Source: Flectonema sp. DT1601
Taxonomy: Eukaryota
DNA length: 64,000 bases
Direction of reading: 5' to 3'
Assembly (NCBI GenBank): GCA_964019425.1
Contig: OZ025791.1
Coordinates: forward strand, 1,364,001-1,428,000
Part shown: positions 1 through 12,700 of the stretch, piece after piece
How the letters are laid out: each line of letters opens with the position of its first letter
How positions within the stretch are numbered: position 1 is the first letter of the stretch
Notes under the pieces: model-generated
Databases searched by the model: none
What the model was told of the DNA's origin: nothing
The model's input: only the letters and a program-made list of their open reading frames with translations
Made by a program: the position numbers and the translations under genes

Positions 1-163
1 CTCTTCCTCTGACAATGCTGATACAAAAAAGTAATCGCAGTCGCCATGTGATGTCTCTTATTATTTGTTATAGTGATGTATTATAACTAAACTATTCCTC
101 CTCATCTTCATCTTCATCCTCATTCTCTTCAGTAACAATATAAAGTAAATGACTTAAAGTACA

Positions 164-2292
164 ATGCCGCTCTATCAGTCTCCAGAAGAGAAACAGAAAG
201 CGAAACAGACAGCAAGAGCAACTCTAGGTGACCTATTCTCATCAAGTGGTAGTCATGCGAGGAGAACTAAGAAACCAAGGATGATCTCAAGAGCGAATCC
301 ACTTCTAAAGACAAAAGTTAAAATGGTTGAGGCACTCACAAAGGCACATCAAATGGAAGGAGATGGTTTACTCTTGTTGTTGTACTTTCAACTATTCAAA
401 AAGACTTGGAATAGTAGAAAAGAATTTCAAAGTTGCCCAGGTGCTAGATGCCCAGACACAGTAGTGTACGAACACAACTTTCCTCAACATTGGTACACAT
501 ATGATAGTAAGCATGGTGAATTATTAAAGAGACCTGGTTCCTTCTTAGATACTGCTCAGATATTAAAATACTTTTCAAGACCTGTCGACAAGGATTCAGG
601 AATCGTAGCTCAATACCTCTGTAGTCATGAGAATACAGAAACTGAAGAACTTGAAACTAGTGTTGAATTCTTTACTCAAGAAACACTTAAGGATTTTCTT
701 CATAATCGAAAACATCGACCAGACGGAGTTTTACAGAGATTCATAACTCCGAAGGGTGAACATAATTTTCAAATTCAAGCTGTCTGGTCACCAAAAGTAA
801 CTCTCGTGTACAAAAGAACCAATACATACCGAATGAAGGACAAGACCGTCGGAGTTTACACAAGAGCCGTAACATGCGATGGTCCTCCTCACTTTTCAAG
901 AGAAGATCTCCTGGCGGAGAAGACAAGAGAAGAAGTAGTTAAAATATGTCAAAATTTTGTACAACACTTTAGCAGCACAGAACACAAGCCTGTTTCCAGG
1001 GTAGTCCTCTATTTTAAAGTCGATGATAAAGATTGTATTTGGATTATGTGGGCCAGCAGCCTGCGGATTGGAACATCGAAATTCAGCGCAAACCATCAAC
1101 GAATTCCACTCAATCTGTCAACTAAGTTTACTACTCCCGATGCTGAACAGCGAAAACGAAGAGAAAACGTTGAAGGGGAAGAGTTGGAAAGGAAGTTACT
1201 TTCAAAAGATGTTGAGCAGTACAGACTCTCGTCTGATTTTATGTTCGCAACAACCTTCTGTCGAGAGATAAATGAGAAGTCGAGACCGTATACAGCTAAG
1301 AAAAGAAATTTAATCGAAGCAAACAATACACATCAACCCTCACCTCCCAGGGAACCTCTTCTCCTACTCGACAGACGACCAAGAACTGCTGAGAGACCTG
1401 TCTCACCTCCTGTTAGATGTCAGTATTTCGTTACTTCTGATAGGCCTCCATTTCTTCCTAGCCCTAGGATTAATTCAGTACCACCACCTTGGTCACCAAC
1501 TAATCCTTTTCACAAACAAGTGATTCGATTAGGATTGGAAGGGTTCAGCGCTCCTGCAAAACTAACTAACCAACACAATATAAAAAGAGATCAAGTTAAG
1601 AAAATAGAAGAATCGAATATGACTTTATCACAACAAGAGCAAAACGAGTGGGAAACTGGTTGGTGGTGTGCAACCGAAAAGTCTGAACGAGAGTACAGAG
1701 AGTTATTAAGAAATGAAGAACAAGTAAGAAGTTGGGGAAAAGATCAATTATATCACATGTACAGTCACACACTAAATCACGGAATGCAGAAACCCTATTA
1801 CTTACAACCTCCTCAAGAGATTTGGCAACTCCTATGTTCAAATGATAACACGAGATATGCTGAAGAAGTGATGGCAGCACTCGGTCTTAAAGAACACGAT
1901 GTTGATGATGACTTTTCAGATAGCCGAGTCCCTACTTTCTACTACTGCGGGTATGGTTGCTCAGCTCACATCAACTCTGCTGGAGCTAATATTACTCAAC
2001 CTCCTGAAGGGGAATTACAAAACCGACCCATCGCACAGATAGCGAAAGATCTCGACACCGCTGTCACTATCATCTTCTCTGAACTTAAAGCTGACCTACA
2101 ACAATGGACGACAACAGTAAAGAAACAACAAAAAGGTAACGTAAATTACGGTGATTCACAACAACAACTGCCGAGCATTGTGAGTATGAATTTCTTGTAT
2201 TTCGAAAGCTTAGAACGTGTCGCCAACAAAATCTAAATAAAACAATAACACAGCTAACGAAATTCACTGAGCTCCCGCAGCAACACTCATAG
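164..2292 (+). CDS. Hypothetical protein (~684 aa), 2 predicted exons (164-2179, 2254-2292); N-terminal half possibly ATP-grasp-like
   Basis: 690-aa ORF. GTGAGT donor at 2180 and AATAACACAG acceptor at 2253 give the in-frame last exon LTKFTELPQQHS*. Motif spacing (CPDTVV, VLQRFI, VLYFKVDDKDCIWIM) is only weakly ATP-grasp-like. Confidence 0.75.
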
Positions 2293-2555
2293 ACTGTGAG
2301 TCATTTAAGTGATTGCTGTATTTTCATGCGGCCACACTATTTGTACTTCAGCTTCACTTCTGTGTTGTTGATAAATTATTGTACACGAATCTCCCTTTCC
2401 ATCCTTCTCTCAAGATCGATTATTTCATTTATTTTTTTTTTTTGATTTGTGGGGCAGCAGTTGTGTCCATTTTCTAACAACGAAAGGAACCTACAATAAC
2501 GTAAAACTTTTTGTTTTGTTTTATTTTATTTTTTTAAAAAATCAGCAAAACCAAA

Positions 2556-3641
2556 ATGTCAAAATACCTAAACAACGCATCAGAGGTCTTCCCTCTCACG
2601 ATACCAATCGAAGGAGCTGAACAAAATGTTGAAAAAGCAGCAGCAGCAATAGTCGATGGTTGGGATAGCTCCAAGGGATTCAAGACGTCTGTAATTTCAG
2701 GAGGAATAACAAATATGTTATTTAAAGTAGTGACAGAGAGCCATTCCGTGCTAGTCAGGGTTTATGGCGTTAATACTGAAGTTATGATTGACAGGGAACA
2801 AGAGAATAAAATTTTCGCATACCTGAGTAAAATTAAATTTGCTCCGACATACTACGGTCGTTTTGAAAATGGTAGAGTCGAGGGATGGTTGGAAGCACGT
2901 CCATTAGAATTTAGTGAAATGGGAACACTTGAAATTCAAAAATTAATTTCTTCCAAGCTGAGGGAGATGCACAGATTACAACTGCAACCAGTAGCTGAAC
3001 CACTTTTATTTCCAAAAATCAGACAATGGATTGGAATGGCCAGCGATATTACTTTCGATAATCCAGAAAAACAATCTCTTCTTAGCAAGCTAAACTTAAC
3101 CAGAATTGCTTCTGAAGCATCTCTGTGTGAGAACCAAATCCTCAACGAAGCGAGTCCCGTTATGTTAGAGAACGTATTTTCACACCAAGACTTGTTGTGT
3201 GGTAATATCTTAAAACCACTCGACTTGGATGAACATAAAGTAGTCTTTATCGACTTTGAATACGGTGGTTACAACTACAGAGGGTTTGATATTGGAAATC
3301 ACTTTGCCGAACACGCTGGATACGATTGCAATTACGAAGAAAGCTACCCAGACGATAGGATTGCGTCGTCATTCGTTAAATTATACTTCCCAACTGCTGA
3401 CGAGTCAGAACTTAAGAAGTTAACTTTAGACTCTCATCGGTTTGCTACTCTTTCACATCTTTATTGGGGATCATGGGCTGTGATTCAAGCTAAGTACTCT
3501 CCTATTGATTTCGACTTTCTTGAATATGCTCTTCTTAGATTCACTGGGTATTATTATCACAAGTCTCGTTTCTTTACATCCAATAGTAGTCATCCGACAC
3601 AATCAGAAGTTAAGAATGACATTTTAAATGGGAAGTACTAA
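2556..3641 (+). CDS. Choline/ethanolamine kinase
   Basis: ISGGITN, VLVRVYG, Brenner motif FSHQDLLCGNIL, choline kinase motif FIDFEYGGYNYRGFDIGNHFAE, C-terminal SHLYWGSWAVIQAKYSPIDFDFLEYA. Confidence 0.95.
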   Translation: MSKYLNNASEVFPLTIPIEGAEQNVEKAAAAIVDGWDSSKGFKTSVISGGITNMLFKVVTESHSVLVRVYGVNTEVMIDREQENKIFAYLSKIKFAPTYYGRFENGRVEGWLEARPLEFSEMGTLEIQKLISSKLREMHRLQLQPVAEPLLFPKIRQWIGMASDITFDNPEKQSLLSKLNLTRIASEASLCENQILNEASPVMLENVFSHQDLLCGNILKPLDLDEHKVVFIDFEYGGYNYRGFDIGNHFAEHAGYDCNYEESYPDDRIASSFVKLYFPTADESELKKLTLDSHRFATLSHLYWGSWAVIQAKYSPIDFDFLEYALLRFTGYYYHKSRFFTSNSSHPTQSEVKNDILNGKY

Positions 3642-4128
3642 TTTGATAAACTACTCAATCACTTCTGTGTGGTGTTACTCTGGTGGTGAGTGAGAGACGA
3701 CCTTACCAAATATTCTTAACGAGTACTGCGTTGAGGTCTACTCCGTGAGATAAGAGCGAGTGCAGATCTTTATTTACTGAAGTTGAAAAAAAAAAAAAAA
3801 AAAGAACAATTCTCGTGCTGGGGAAAAGAAATTTCTCCTCACGAGAATAATTCCTGTCACGGTTAAATACAGGTGTTACTTTATGAGGCTCAGTAAGCAA
3901 AGTGTTGTTCTCTTTTTTCTTCTAAAATTCAAACGATCGCCCCATCCATTCCCCAACAATTACTTTAAGGCTAAGAATGTATCATTTTTTTTTATTACCG
4001 GTGGTCTGTTATCGTTTTCTTCTAGTCACTGTACCCTTGAGTCTGTTGACGTTTTCTTATATGGGATGATCGTATTGTTTTGTTTTGATATTTATATACC
4101 TCCTTACAGTCCCATCGAGGTAAACTAA

Positions 4129-6681
4129 ATGTCGGTAACACTTTCTTTACTGGTTTATACGGCTTTGTCATCAACGTTGTTAATTGTCGGAAATGTTCCG
4201 TCGGTAAAAGATTATATGCACTCCTGGGAAATTGAGAATAACGTGTTGGAGAAGTTGAAGACGGCGAACCCGACGTGGGAGATATCACTGATGAATCCTG
4301 CTTGTGTTGATTGTGATAAACTTGTTAACATGACGGAGGATGTCGCAGTTCAGAAAGTCTTAGGAATGACTTGGACTGATACCGAAGTAACATCACAAGT
4401 AGAAACTCGACTAGCTAGCATCCCTCAGGGGGAGGCTGTTACTGTGGTTGCTTTGGATTTTCAGTTTGAGAAATCTTTGATTGACAAGTTACCAAATGTT
4501 GTTTTTAAAAATGTTCTTTCGAATTCAATCACTTCATCAGATGCTTCGATTATAGTTTCTACTGAGATGGCTTCTTACACTGACGGAGTTCTAGCAGGTC
4601 TTACAGCTTCTACAGGTTACAAGAGAGTTGGAATCTTAGTGGTAGAACCAATTCCAAAAGAAACATTCGCATTCTGGCAAGGAGTGATGGATGCAGATCC
4701 TGACATCTGTGTGATCTTTGACACTATTCCAATTGTTAATAATTTCACCTGGAGTCAACAAAAATATGAACTTATTGAAAAGCACGCTGTGTCACATAAG
4801 TCCACGGATGTTTTATACACTAATTTTGGTGCCTATGACATGGCAGTTTTTGAAGTCGTCAAAAATAGAACGGAATCGAACTACGCGATGTATGTAATTA
4901 CAGGAACTCTTTCAGGAGTGTTCGTTGATAAGTCAAGACTGGGTGAAGTATGGTTATCGAGAAGTCTCTTAGATTGGGATTCCATAATTACGGCTGTCGG
5001 TATACAAGGTAAGGACAGCATACCAAGTAGCAGTCAATCACAATGGACTGCTCCATGGAGTACGAGGATATCAAAGCTATCTGAAGATAATCAAATCCGA
5101 AAAGAGTATACGTTAAAATGTCCAGGAAACGCATCTGTAACCCACTCTGATATTATAAAAAGTATGATGACTCAACCAATCAAACCTATCAATGAAAACA
5201 TGTACACTCCGAACATGAATTCAAAATGTCAGACGCAGCAGCTTCCAATCTTATCACCCTTCGTCCGCCAACAAGTCACAGAATGCCTCGCTGAAGAAAC
5301 CGGAAAAGTCAGATTAGTTGGCGTTGCAATGTACATTAATAATTTAGGAAATGTTGATATGAAAAGAGGATCTTTTTATGTTGATTTTAACCTGTATCTA
5401 CATCAATCGAAAACTGTATATGCGACGATGGAGGGTGTTGAGGCGGTTCTTGCAGAAGAAGAGCGTCTCAACGGAATGGGTGCCTGTACGACAGCTTTAT
5501 GTTCATGTCCTGATCTCGGTACAAATAAATGGGAAAATTATATTCCTCACAATGAAACGGAAAATTTTAATACGATTGTTAATTTAGTAAATGTTGATAG
5601 AATACGTACTGTTACTCCTGTTTATAAACTTGATGCGGAAGAGCCATTAGTTGATTATTATCGAGTTCAGGGAACACATTATTTTATGCCGGAACTTAAA
5701 AAGTGGCCAATGGATTCACAATCACTTAGAATAATATTAGAAGACTTACAAGAATCAACGAGTGACACTCGAACCATTCGATTCTGTCACATGATTCACT
5801 TTGCTGGATTGTCTCCAAATGCAAGATACTTTCCTGGTATGGAACTTAGCATTGGTGACTCTCCTTGGGCAGTAGAAACAACATCAACATGTTGGCCTTA
5901 TCTAAAGTATCCCGCTAATTATGTTGAGGGGTATTGTAGTAATGGTTATGCCCCAGCTGATGAAACTCTTAAATACTCAAACATTCAAGGAGGTGATCTC
6001 TCTTGTAAGTGTCTTGGTGGTACAAAAGCATCGAGTCGATACACACTTTCGATAACGTTTGAACGACCTGCGATACCGAGTTTTATGAAATCATTTCTTC
6101 CTGCTATTTTTATAATACTTGTGAATCAGGGTGTTTGGTTCCTTCATCCTAAAGTCTTTGAAACCAGATTAGGTGTTTGCGGTAGTAGTTTGATATCCGG
6201 AGTTATGTATCACGTCTCTATTACAAGCAACACGCCAGAAACATCAGTTCTGACGTTGGCTGATCGATTCATGGTTGTCGTTTATTTTAATAACTTAGTT
6301 GCATTTGTTTCAGTTTTTTATCAAACTGTTTTATACCAAGGAGGGTTGGAGTTACTCGCTTGGAAATCATTTAGACTTTCACGAATTTGGGGACCACTCG
6401 TTACTCTGTGTACGTTTTTGGGTGTTGGGTTAGTTGACTCCCCTCGTCTTATTGTTCTGTGGGTAGGTGTCAGTGGTGGTGTGATATTCTTTTGTGTTTA
6501 TTTTATCGGTGATAAGATCCTGAAAGGCATTTCTCCTAAATTCTTATTGTGGATGCAAGTCATGAATCAAAAGATGAGCAGAAAAAAACACGACCAGACA
6601 ATGGAACGAGTCTTCAGCACTGAAAGCCAATCGAGTACCAGATTGCTAGAAGACGATGACGGGGCTATTCAGTTAACCTAA
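4129..6681 (+). CDS. Pentameric ligand-gated ion channel (Pro-loop, GLIC/ELIC-like) with N-terminal BMP-type periplasmic binding domain
   Basis: Signal peptide. BMP-like segment ASYTDGVLAGLTASTGYKRVGILVVEPIP..FWQGVMDADPDI. pLGIC extracellular motifs VGVAMYINNLGNVDMKRGSFYVDFNLYL, LKKWPMDSQSLRIILE and pre-M1 FER. M1 FLPAIFIILV, M2 RLGVCGSSLISGVMYH, M2-M3 PETSVLTLADRF, plus further hydrophobic helices. Confidence 0.85.
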   Translation: MSVTLSLLVYTALSSTLLIVGNVPSVKDYMHSWEIENNVLEKLKTANPTWEISLMNPACVDCDKLVNMTEDVAVQKVLGMTWTDTEVTSQVETRLASIPQGEAVTVVALDFQFEKSLIDKLPNVVFKNVLSNSITSSDASIIVSTEMASYTDGVLAGLTASTGYKRVGILVVEPIPKETFAFWQGVMDADPDICVIFDTIPIVNNFTWSQQKYELIEKHAVSHKSTDVLYTNFGAYDMAVFEVVKNRTESNYAMYVITGTLSGVFVDKSRLGEVWLSRSLLDWDSIITAVGIQGKDSIPSSSQSQWTAPWSTRISKLSEDNQIRKEYTLKCPGNASVTHSDIIKSMMTQPIKPINENMYTPNMNSKCQTQQLPILSPFVRQQVTECLAEETGKVRLVGVAMYINNLGNVDMKRGSFYVDFNLYLHQSKTVYATMEGVEAVLAEEERLNGMGACTTALCSCPDLGTNKWENYIPHNETENFNTIVNLVNVDRIRTVTPVYKLDAEEPLVDYYRVQGTHYFMPELKKWPMDSQSLRIILEDLQESTSDTRTIRFCHMIHFAGLSPNARYFPGMELSIGDSPWAVETTSTCWPYLKYPANYVEGYCSNGYAPADETLKYSNIQGGDLSCKCLGGTKASSRYTLSITFERPAIPSFMKSFLPAIFIILVNQGVWFLHPKVFETRLGVCGSSLISGVMYHVSITSNTPETSVLTLADRFMVVVYFNNLVAFVSVFYQTVLYQGGLELLAWKSFRLSRIWGPLVTLCTFLGVGLVDSPRLIVLWVGVSGGVIFFCVYFIGDKILKGISPKFLLWMQVMNQKMSRKKHDQTMERVFSTESQSSTRLLEDDDGAIQLT

Positions 6682-7770
6682 TAGCATTTGGTGTTTATTA
6701 TTTTATTTGTTATTTTCTTTGTAATCTTTTTGTTATTGTTATTAATACCACATGTGAATGAGGAACGGTTTCGTCAAATGATTGTATTCCGCTTAATTAT
6801 TATTGTGATCAAAGTTCGTTGTTTTGTTTACTACAAAAAGGTGTCAAAATTAGTTTTGTTGTGTCTGTTCTCTCAATTAACTAACGCTTTTCCCCCTGCT
6901 TGTTTTTTATGTGAGAATCTTTGTAAAAAAAACTGTCTGTGAAGTTAAATCAAAATAAAGGGAATCCCTCCCTGCAAACGAACTTTGTATTTTCAGTCAT
7001 TACATTACTCTCTCGTTTACTTTTTAAATAATGAAAACACCTTTCGTATTTCAATCAAAAGTTACGATGCCTAAGAGAGAAGAGAGACTCATCTAAAAAA
7101 GCATTTCCGTTTGAGTTGTTATAAGCATAGAATGATACTTTTTGTGGTTATATCTGTTGATCATTTTGTTATTATTTCGTTCTAGCTTTTTTTTAAAAAA
7201 AAAATCAGTCAAAGTTATTTTTTTTGCGACCAAATTCTGGACAATGAAAGTTTTATTCAAAAAAAATAAAAAAATAGTAAAAATTTCGATCTTCGACATT
7301 TTCATGCACGTCGTTCGGTTTATTTCCGTCCGAAATCGGGAGGTTGGCATCACATACTTGTTACCTAAATCGATGAAAGAGATTTTGTGGTTTGCTGAAT
7401 CAACTCAGCAGTGGACAAGTACTAAAACTAAAAAAATGATCGAAGGGTCTACTTTGACACTGCTGGCCCAGCGGGATCCAGAGAAAAAGAAATCGAAGCA
7501 AAATATATTAAAGAAGCGGGTTGTCTTTTTGGACTTTCTTTGAGACCTTTCGGGGATAACCCGAATGAGGCTCTGGATTCTGCTAAGACGAGCAACAGTA
7601 ACATGTTGTGTAACCTTGCTCAGGCAGTGAGAAAATGGTGTTTTTTTTTTGGTCACAAAAAAATTTTTTTTGACTGATATATTAGACGACCTAACTGGAG
7701 TGTTATCCTCCTCAGGTCTGCTTTGGATTATTTTTTTGTAAATTAGTTTCTTATTTAGTAATACTCACAA

Positions 7771-8997
7771 ATGGTTTCGGGGTCTGTGGCTGTGAACGGC
7801 TCTTTGAAATGGTGTGAAGTTGAAAATGGTAATTTGAAGATTTTTAAAGAAGCTCCAGAACGTGTTATTAAACTAGCTGACATCACTAGAACAGGTGCTG
7901 TTGTTGGAGTTGTCAACGAGTCTCTTCGATTCGCTTGTGAAGGCGATGCGATATGCTGGACTGAAGACATGCTTCGACAAGTATCTACTGAGTACGTTAG
8001 ACTTTGTGATAAGGAAAGAGATTTAGAAAAACGAGAAATGGATTTGATGTGGAGAGAACACCGAGTTAAAGTAGCTGAAGAAAGTTGCCTTCAATACGAA
8101 AGATCTTCGTGGGGAGGTTCTGAAGAAAATAAATCCCTCTCACCATCACTTTCGAGAAGTAATGGATCAGTTTTATCATCAATATCACCTCACTCATCTC
8201 GTGATGCTTCTCTATCTCCTCCTTTCGCATCTTCTGTTAGAAGACAAGTAGTAGCGGGATCAACAGAAGTACTAAATGTGAGTGCTGCTGATGTTCCTAG
8301 TACTATTGAACTTTTAGATACCCCTTCTCCTCTGAGAGTAAAGCCGCACAGGACTAGATCTGCGCCTCCAACTCAACATAGTCCACCTACTTTGACGGCA
8401 CCGAAATCAGTTGAAATAAAAGTTCCTGGAAAGTCTATTAAAATATTCCAACCAGACAATGGTGGCTCTGGATTACTCATAGCTGTTAATAATGAAATGA
8501 TCGGAAATTTAACATGGCTCGGATATGATGCTAGTAGACGTTGGCTTACAACTGGTACTGACTCGACAAGAAGTGGTGTTGCGCTACCAGAAGGTCATGA
8601 GGGTCAGGTTATTCTTAAGAAATTATCAGAGATGTCTACAGTTGCTAAAATAAAACACAACTTACCATCAGCTGCTAGTTGTATAAAGACTGATGATCAA
8701 ATCAAGACTGTTAAGTTTCTCAGATATTCGAGTGGAAAACAAATTCCATTCGGAACCATCGCTACTGTTCTACACGTCTCTAGCAAGTCCTCATCAATTC
8801 GAGTAAAGACTCAGAGTGGTGAGATCTTCACTACCAGCATTCGTAATGTTGAAACTACCGGAGAATCTTCTGAAGGTCCTAAAAACTCAAAGATCGCGTC
8901 ATATATCCAAGAAAATCTTGCAGAGGATCGACAGACGGAACTACACGACCTGGACAACGAACTGGATGCTATAATGGGAATCGCTGCCGGAATGTAG
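7771..8997 (+). CDS. Hypothetical protein: N-terminal PH-like region, coiled coil, Ser/Pro-rich linker, possible C-terminal SH3-like barrel
   Basis: 408-aa ORF with host-like codon usage. KWCEVENGNLKIFK..RVIKLADI..CWTEDML resembles a compact PH domain. Confidence 0.7.
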   Translation: MVSGSVAVNGSLKWCEVENGNLKIFKEAPERVIKLADITRTGAVVGVVNESLRFACEGDAICWTEDMLRQVSTEYVRLCDKERDLEKREMDLMWREHRVKVAEESCLQYERSSWGGSEENKSLSPSLSRSNGSVLSSISPHSSRDASLSPPFASSVRRQVVAGSTEVLNVSAADVPSTIELLDTPSPLRVKPHRTRSAPPTQHSPPTLTAPKSVEIKVPGKSIKIFQPDNGGSGLLIAVNNEMIGNLTWLGYDASRRWLTTGTDSTRSGVALPEGHEGQVILKKLSEMSTVAKIKHNLPSAASCIKTDDQIKTVKFLRYSSGKQIPFGTIATVLHVSSKSSSIRVKTQSGEIFTTSIRNVETTGESSEGPKNSKIASYIQENLAEDRQTELHDLDNELDAIMGIAAGM

Positions 8998-9746
8998 TTC
9001 TGTGTAACTTTATTAATTGACGGTAGTAGAATCTACATGTGCTTTAATACGTACCATTATGTTATTGGGGTTTTTTTTTTATATTATTTTTTGTTAGAAT
9101 TCCACCCTGTTCTCGTACCCTTCTTTTTATAGATTTTTTTCACTCCGCCCGAATCCTTTTTTTTTGTTTTTGTTTTTTCCCCCTTTTTTTTTTTTTTTAG
9201 ATCTATTTTCTTTTTATTATTTCGAAAGTTGGCAAAAAAAAAAAAAAAAAAAGAAAAGAATAATAAAAAAATAAATAGTAATGGATACCAAATTTAATCA
9301 TTGTTTCACTACAATGTTTGTATTTTTACTAAACTATTATCACAAAAAATAAATAAAAAACTGGTTTGATGATTCTTTTTTTTGTCAACCTCGTCTTCTT
9401 AACTTAGAGTGCAAAAAACATACGATTTGCAATAGATGTGATGTCCTTATTATTTTATTTTTATAAATCTAATTAACTCACTCAGGGTAATCAACAATGA
9501 TCAGATGAGTAGGACAGGCCTGACACCGCAGTGTGTCCCCCTTATTTTCTTCGCTGCAGAGGGCTGGGTAAGGGGAACGGTCCGAAGAAAGGTTTTTTAA
9601 TTTTAGCCCGAAACCAACCATTATTTGTTTGTTGTCCTACGACCTTTTTTTGCATTCGATTGAATTTTCCCGCTTCCTTCTTTTGACTGATAAGAAACTC
9701 ATATTTTAACACTCTCAGGGTAATCAACAATTAAAACTGACTAAAT

Positions 9747-12700
9747 ATGGCAACAACCATCCCACCTGTTGGATCGATTATTGAAGCTCACGGATTGGTT
9801 AGCAGATCGGAATTAAATGGTCAACAAGCTACTGTTAACGACCACTCAAAACCACCTGGCAGAGAAGAATGTGTCGTCGCTCAATTTAAAACAGGAGCAC
9901 CAGTTGCGTTGATGATGAAAAACGTAAAAGTGATATCAGTTCCTTACAATGTCGGAGAGACAATTGAAGCCCACGGTCTTGTCGCAAAGAAAGAATTAAA
10001 CTCAGTATGTGGTAAAGTAATAAACAAACAATTCACTAATTCTATGAACATATACACTGTTGAATTCCCAAGTCCTCACGGAGTCATGTCCTTGAAGGAA
10101 TCAAATGCAAGAAGACCAACGACTGGAGGATCCATATCAGACTTCCCTGTTGGTACTGTCGTAGAGGCTCACGGACTAATTCAAGAGAAAGGTTTAAACG
10201 GAAAGACGGGAACTGTTGCAAGTACTCAAGGTGATGTCTTAGTCGTTCAGTTTGAACAACCTTTCGGGACTATGAGTATAAAAATGAGCAACCTTCGCAT
10301 CAAATCAGCTCCTCCAGCAGCAGTAACATCAGAACCAGCAGCAGTCATTGCTGAGCCAACTCCTCCACAACCAGAACAGACCAACGGATCAAATCCAACT
10401 ATTGATTTCCCAGTCAATTGTGAAGTAGAAGCAACTGGTCTGCAATCAAAGGTAACAATGAATGGAGCGATTGGTACAGTTGCAGGTCACAGAACAGCTG
10501 GTGACGGGAGTGGAACTTGGCACATTATCGTCAGGTTTCCTATTCATGGAACTATGGCTTTACTTCCTCAAAATTTAATTAAAAAGGAATCGCAGACCCC
10601 AGCGACAACAACCTTCCCTGTTGGTACTTCGGTAGTAGCTCACTCACTTCAGTCAAGAACTGATTTAAATCAGTGTGAAGGAGTTGTTGTTGGTCATTGT
10701 GGTATTGATCAAGTAGTAGTTCAATTCCCTGTTAAGGGAGTTGTTACCTTAAAGGTATCCAATGTTACGAAGGGAGATGATTCTTCAGTTTCACAGCAAC
10801 AACAACAACAGCTGCCAATATCTATTCTATCACCAGATCATTCCTCAACAGCTCTTGTTCGTAATAGTAATGATTACATCAATCTGATGGAAAACATAAA
10901 TTCACTTCAACCTGTTCCAATGCAACCATCAGCATGTGAAGGTTTCTTAAACAAAAAGACACCTGCCATGGGTAGAGATCACGACAGAAGATGGTTCTCC
11001 CTGCGAGGTCAACAGTTAATATACTTTGAGGAAAAGGGAAGAATTAATTTAACTCCGGATTACACCATCCTTCCTGCAGAGGGTAATGGTTTCTCGATTT
11101 CTGGACCAGGAATGTCTCGTAAATTTGAGCTTAAGGCTGATACACCTGCTGCTAAAATGAACTGGCTCAAGGCACTGGAATCCTGCACAAAATCAGGATA
11201 TACCCCAGTGTGTCCTAATGCAACTGCTATTGTTCATTTAGAGTCTGCTTGCAGAGCACAAATGATGCATGATCATCTTGCATTCTCTCCTAAACCACCT
11301 GCAGCACCAACATCAGCGAGACAAACTCCACATGTTGGAAATGTCATCGTCGATGACTTAAAATCTCAGATTGAAAGACTCACAAACGCATCATCAGAAA
11401 ACGAGGTATACTTTTTGTTATTTTGTTATAAAGAAATTAGGCACACGGATTGTCATTCTTCGTTTCTCTTTCTAATTTAATTAAAAAACAGAAAACTGTT
11501 ACAAGTCTCAGATCAGAAGCCGAGCAAACCAGCCTCGTATGTCTTGTGAAACTATTCTATGAAATAATTGCTACTTATGATTACAACCTTTTCTTTATTG
11601 ATCTTAATGAAAAGTTAAAGAATAACCCCTTAAGAAGGATGAAGTACAAACAACACACACACGCACTCACGTCAGCCTCTATTGTGTTCTGTCTCTCCCT
11701 CTCTCCCTCTCGATAGTCAACTACCACTTATGATTACAACCTTTTCTTTATTGATCTTAATGAAAAGTTAAAGAATAACCCCTTAAGAAGGATGAAGTAC
11801 AAACAACACGCACACGCACTCACGTCAGCCTCTATTGTGTTCTGTCTCTCCCTCTCTCCCTCTCGATAGTCAACTACTACTTATGATTACAACCTTTTCT
11901 TTATTGATCTTAATGAAAAGTTAAAGAATAACCCCTTAAGAAGGATGAAGTACAAACAACACACACACGCACTCACGTCAGCCTCTATTGTGTTCTGTCT
12001 CTCCCTCTCTCCCTCTCGATAGTCAACTACCACTTATGATTACAACCTTTTCTTTATTGATCTTAATGAAAAGTTAAAGAATAACCCCTTAAGAAGGATG
12101 AAGTACAAACAACACGCACACGCACTCACGTCAGCCTCTATTGTGTTCTGTCTCTCCCTCTCTCCCTCTCGATAGTCAACTACTACTTATGATTACAACC
12201 TTTTCTTTATTGATCTTAATGAAAAGTTAAAGAATAACCCCTTAAGAAGGATGAAGTACAAACAACACACACACGCACTCACGTCAGCCTCTATTGTGTT
12301 CTGTCTCTCTCCCTCTCTCCCTCTCGATAGTCAACTACCACTTATGATTACAACCTTTTCTTTATTGATCTTAATGAAAAGTTAAAGAATAACCCCTTAA
12401 GAAGGATGAAGTACAAACAACACACACACGTCAGCCTCTATTGTGTTCTGTCTCTCCCTCTCTCCCTCTCGATAGTCAACTACTACTTATGATTACAACC
12501 TTTTCTTTATTGATCTTAATGAAAAGTTAAAGAATAACCCCTTAAGAAGGATGAAGTACAAGCAACACACACACGCACTCACGTCAGCCTCTATTGTGTT
12601 CTGTCTCTCTCCCTCTCTCGTTAGTCAACTACCACTTATGATTACAACCTTTTCTTTATTGATCTTAATGAAAAGTTAAAGAATAACCCCTTAAGAAGGA

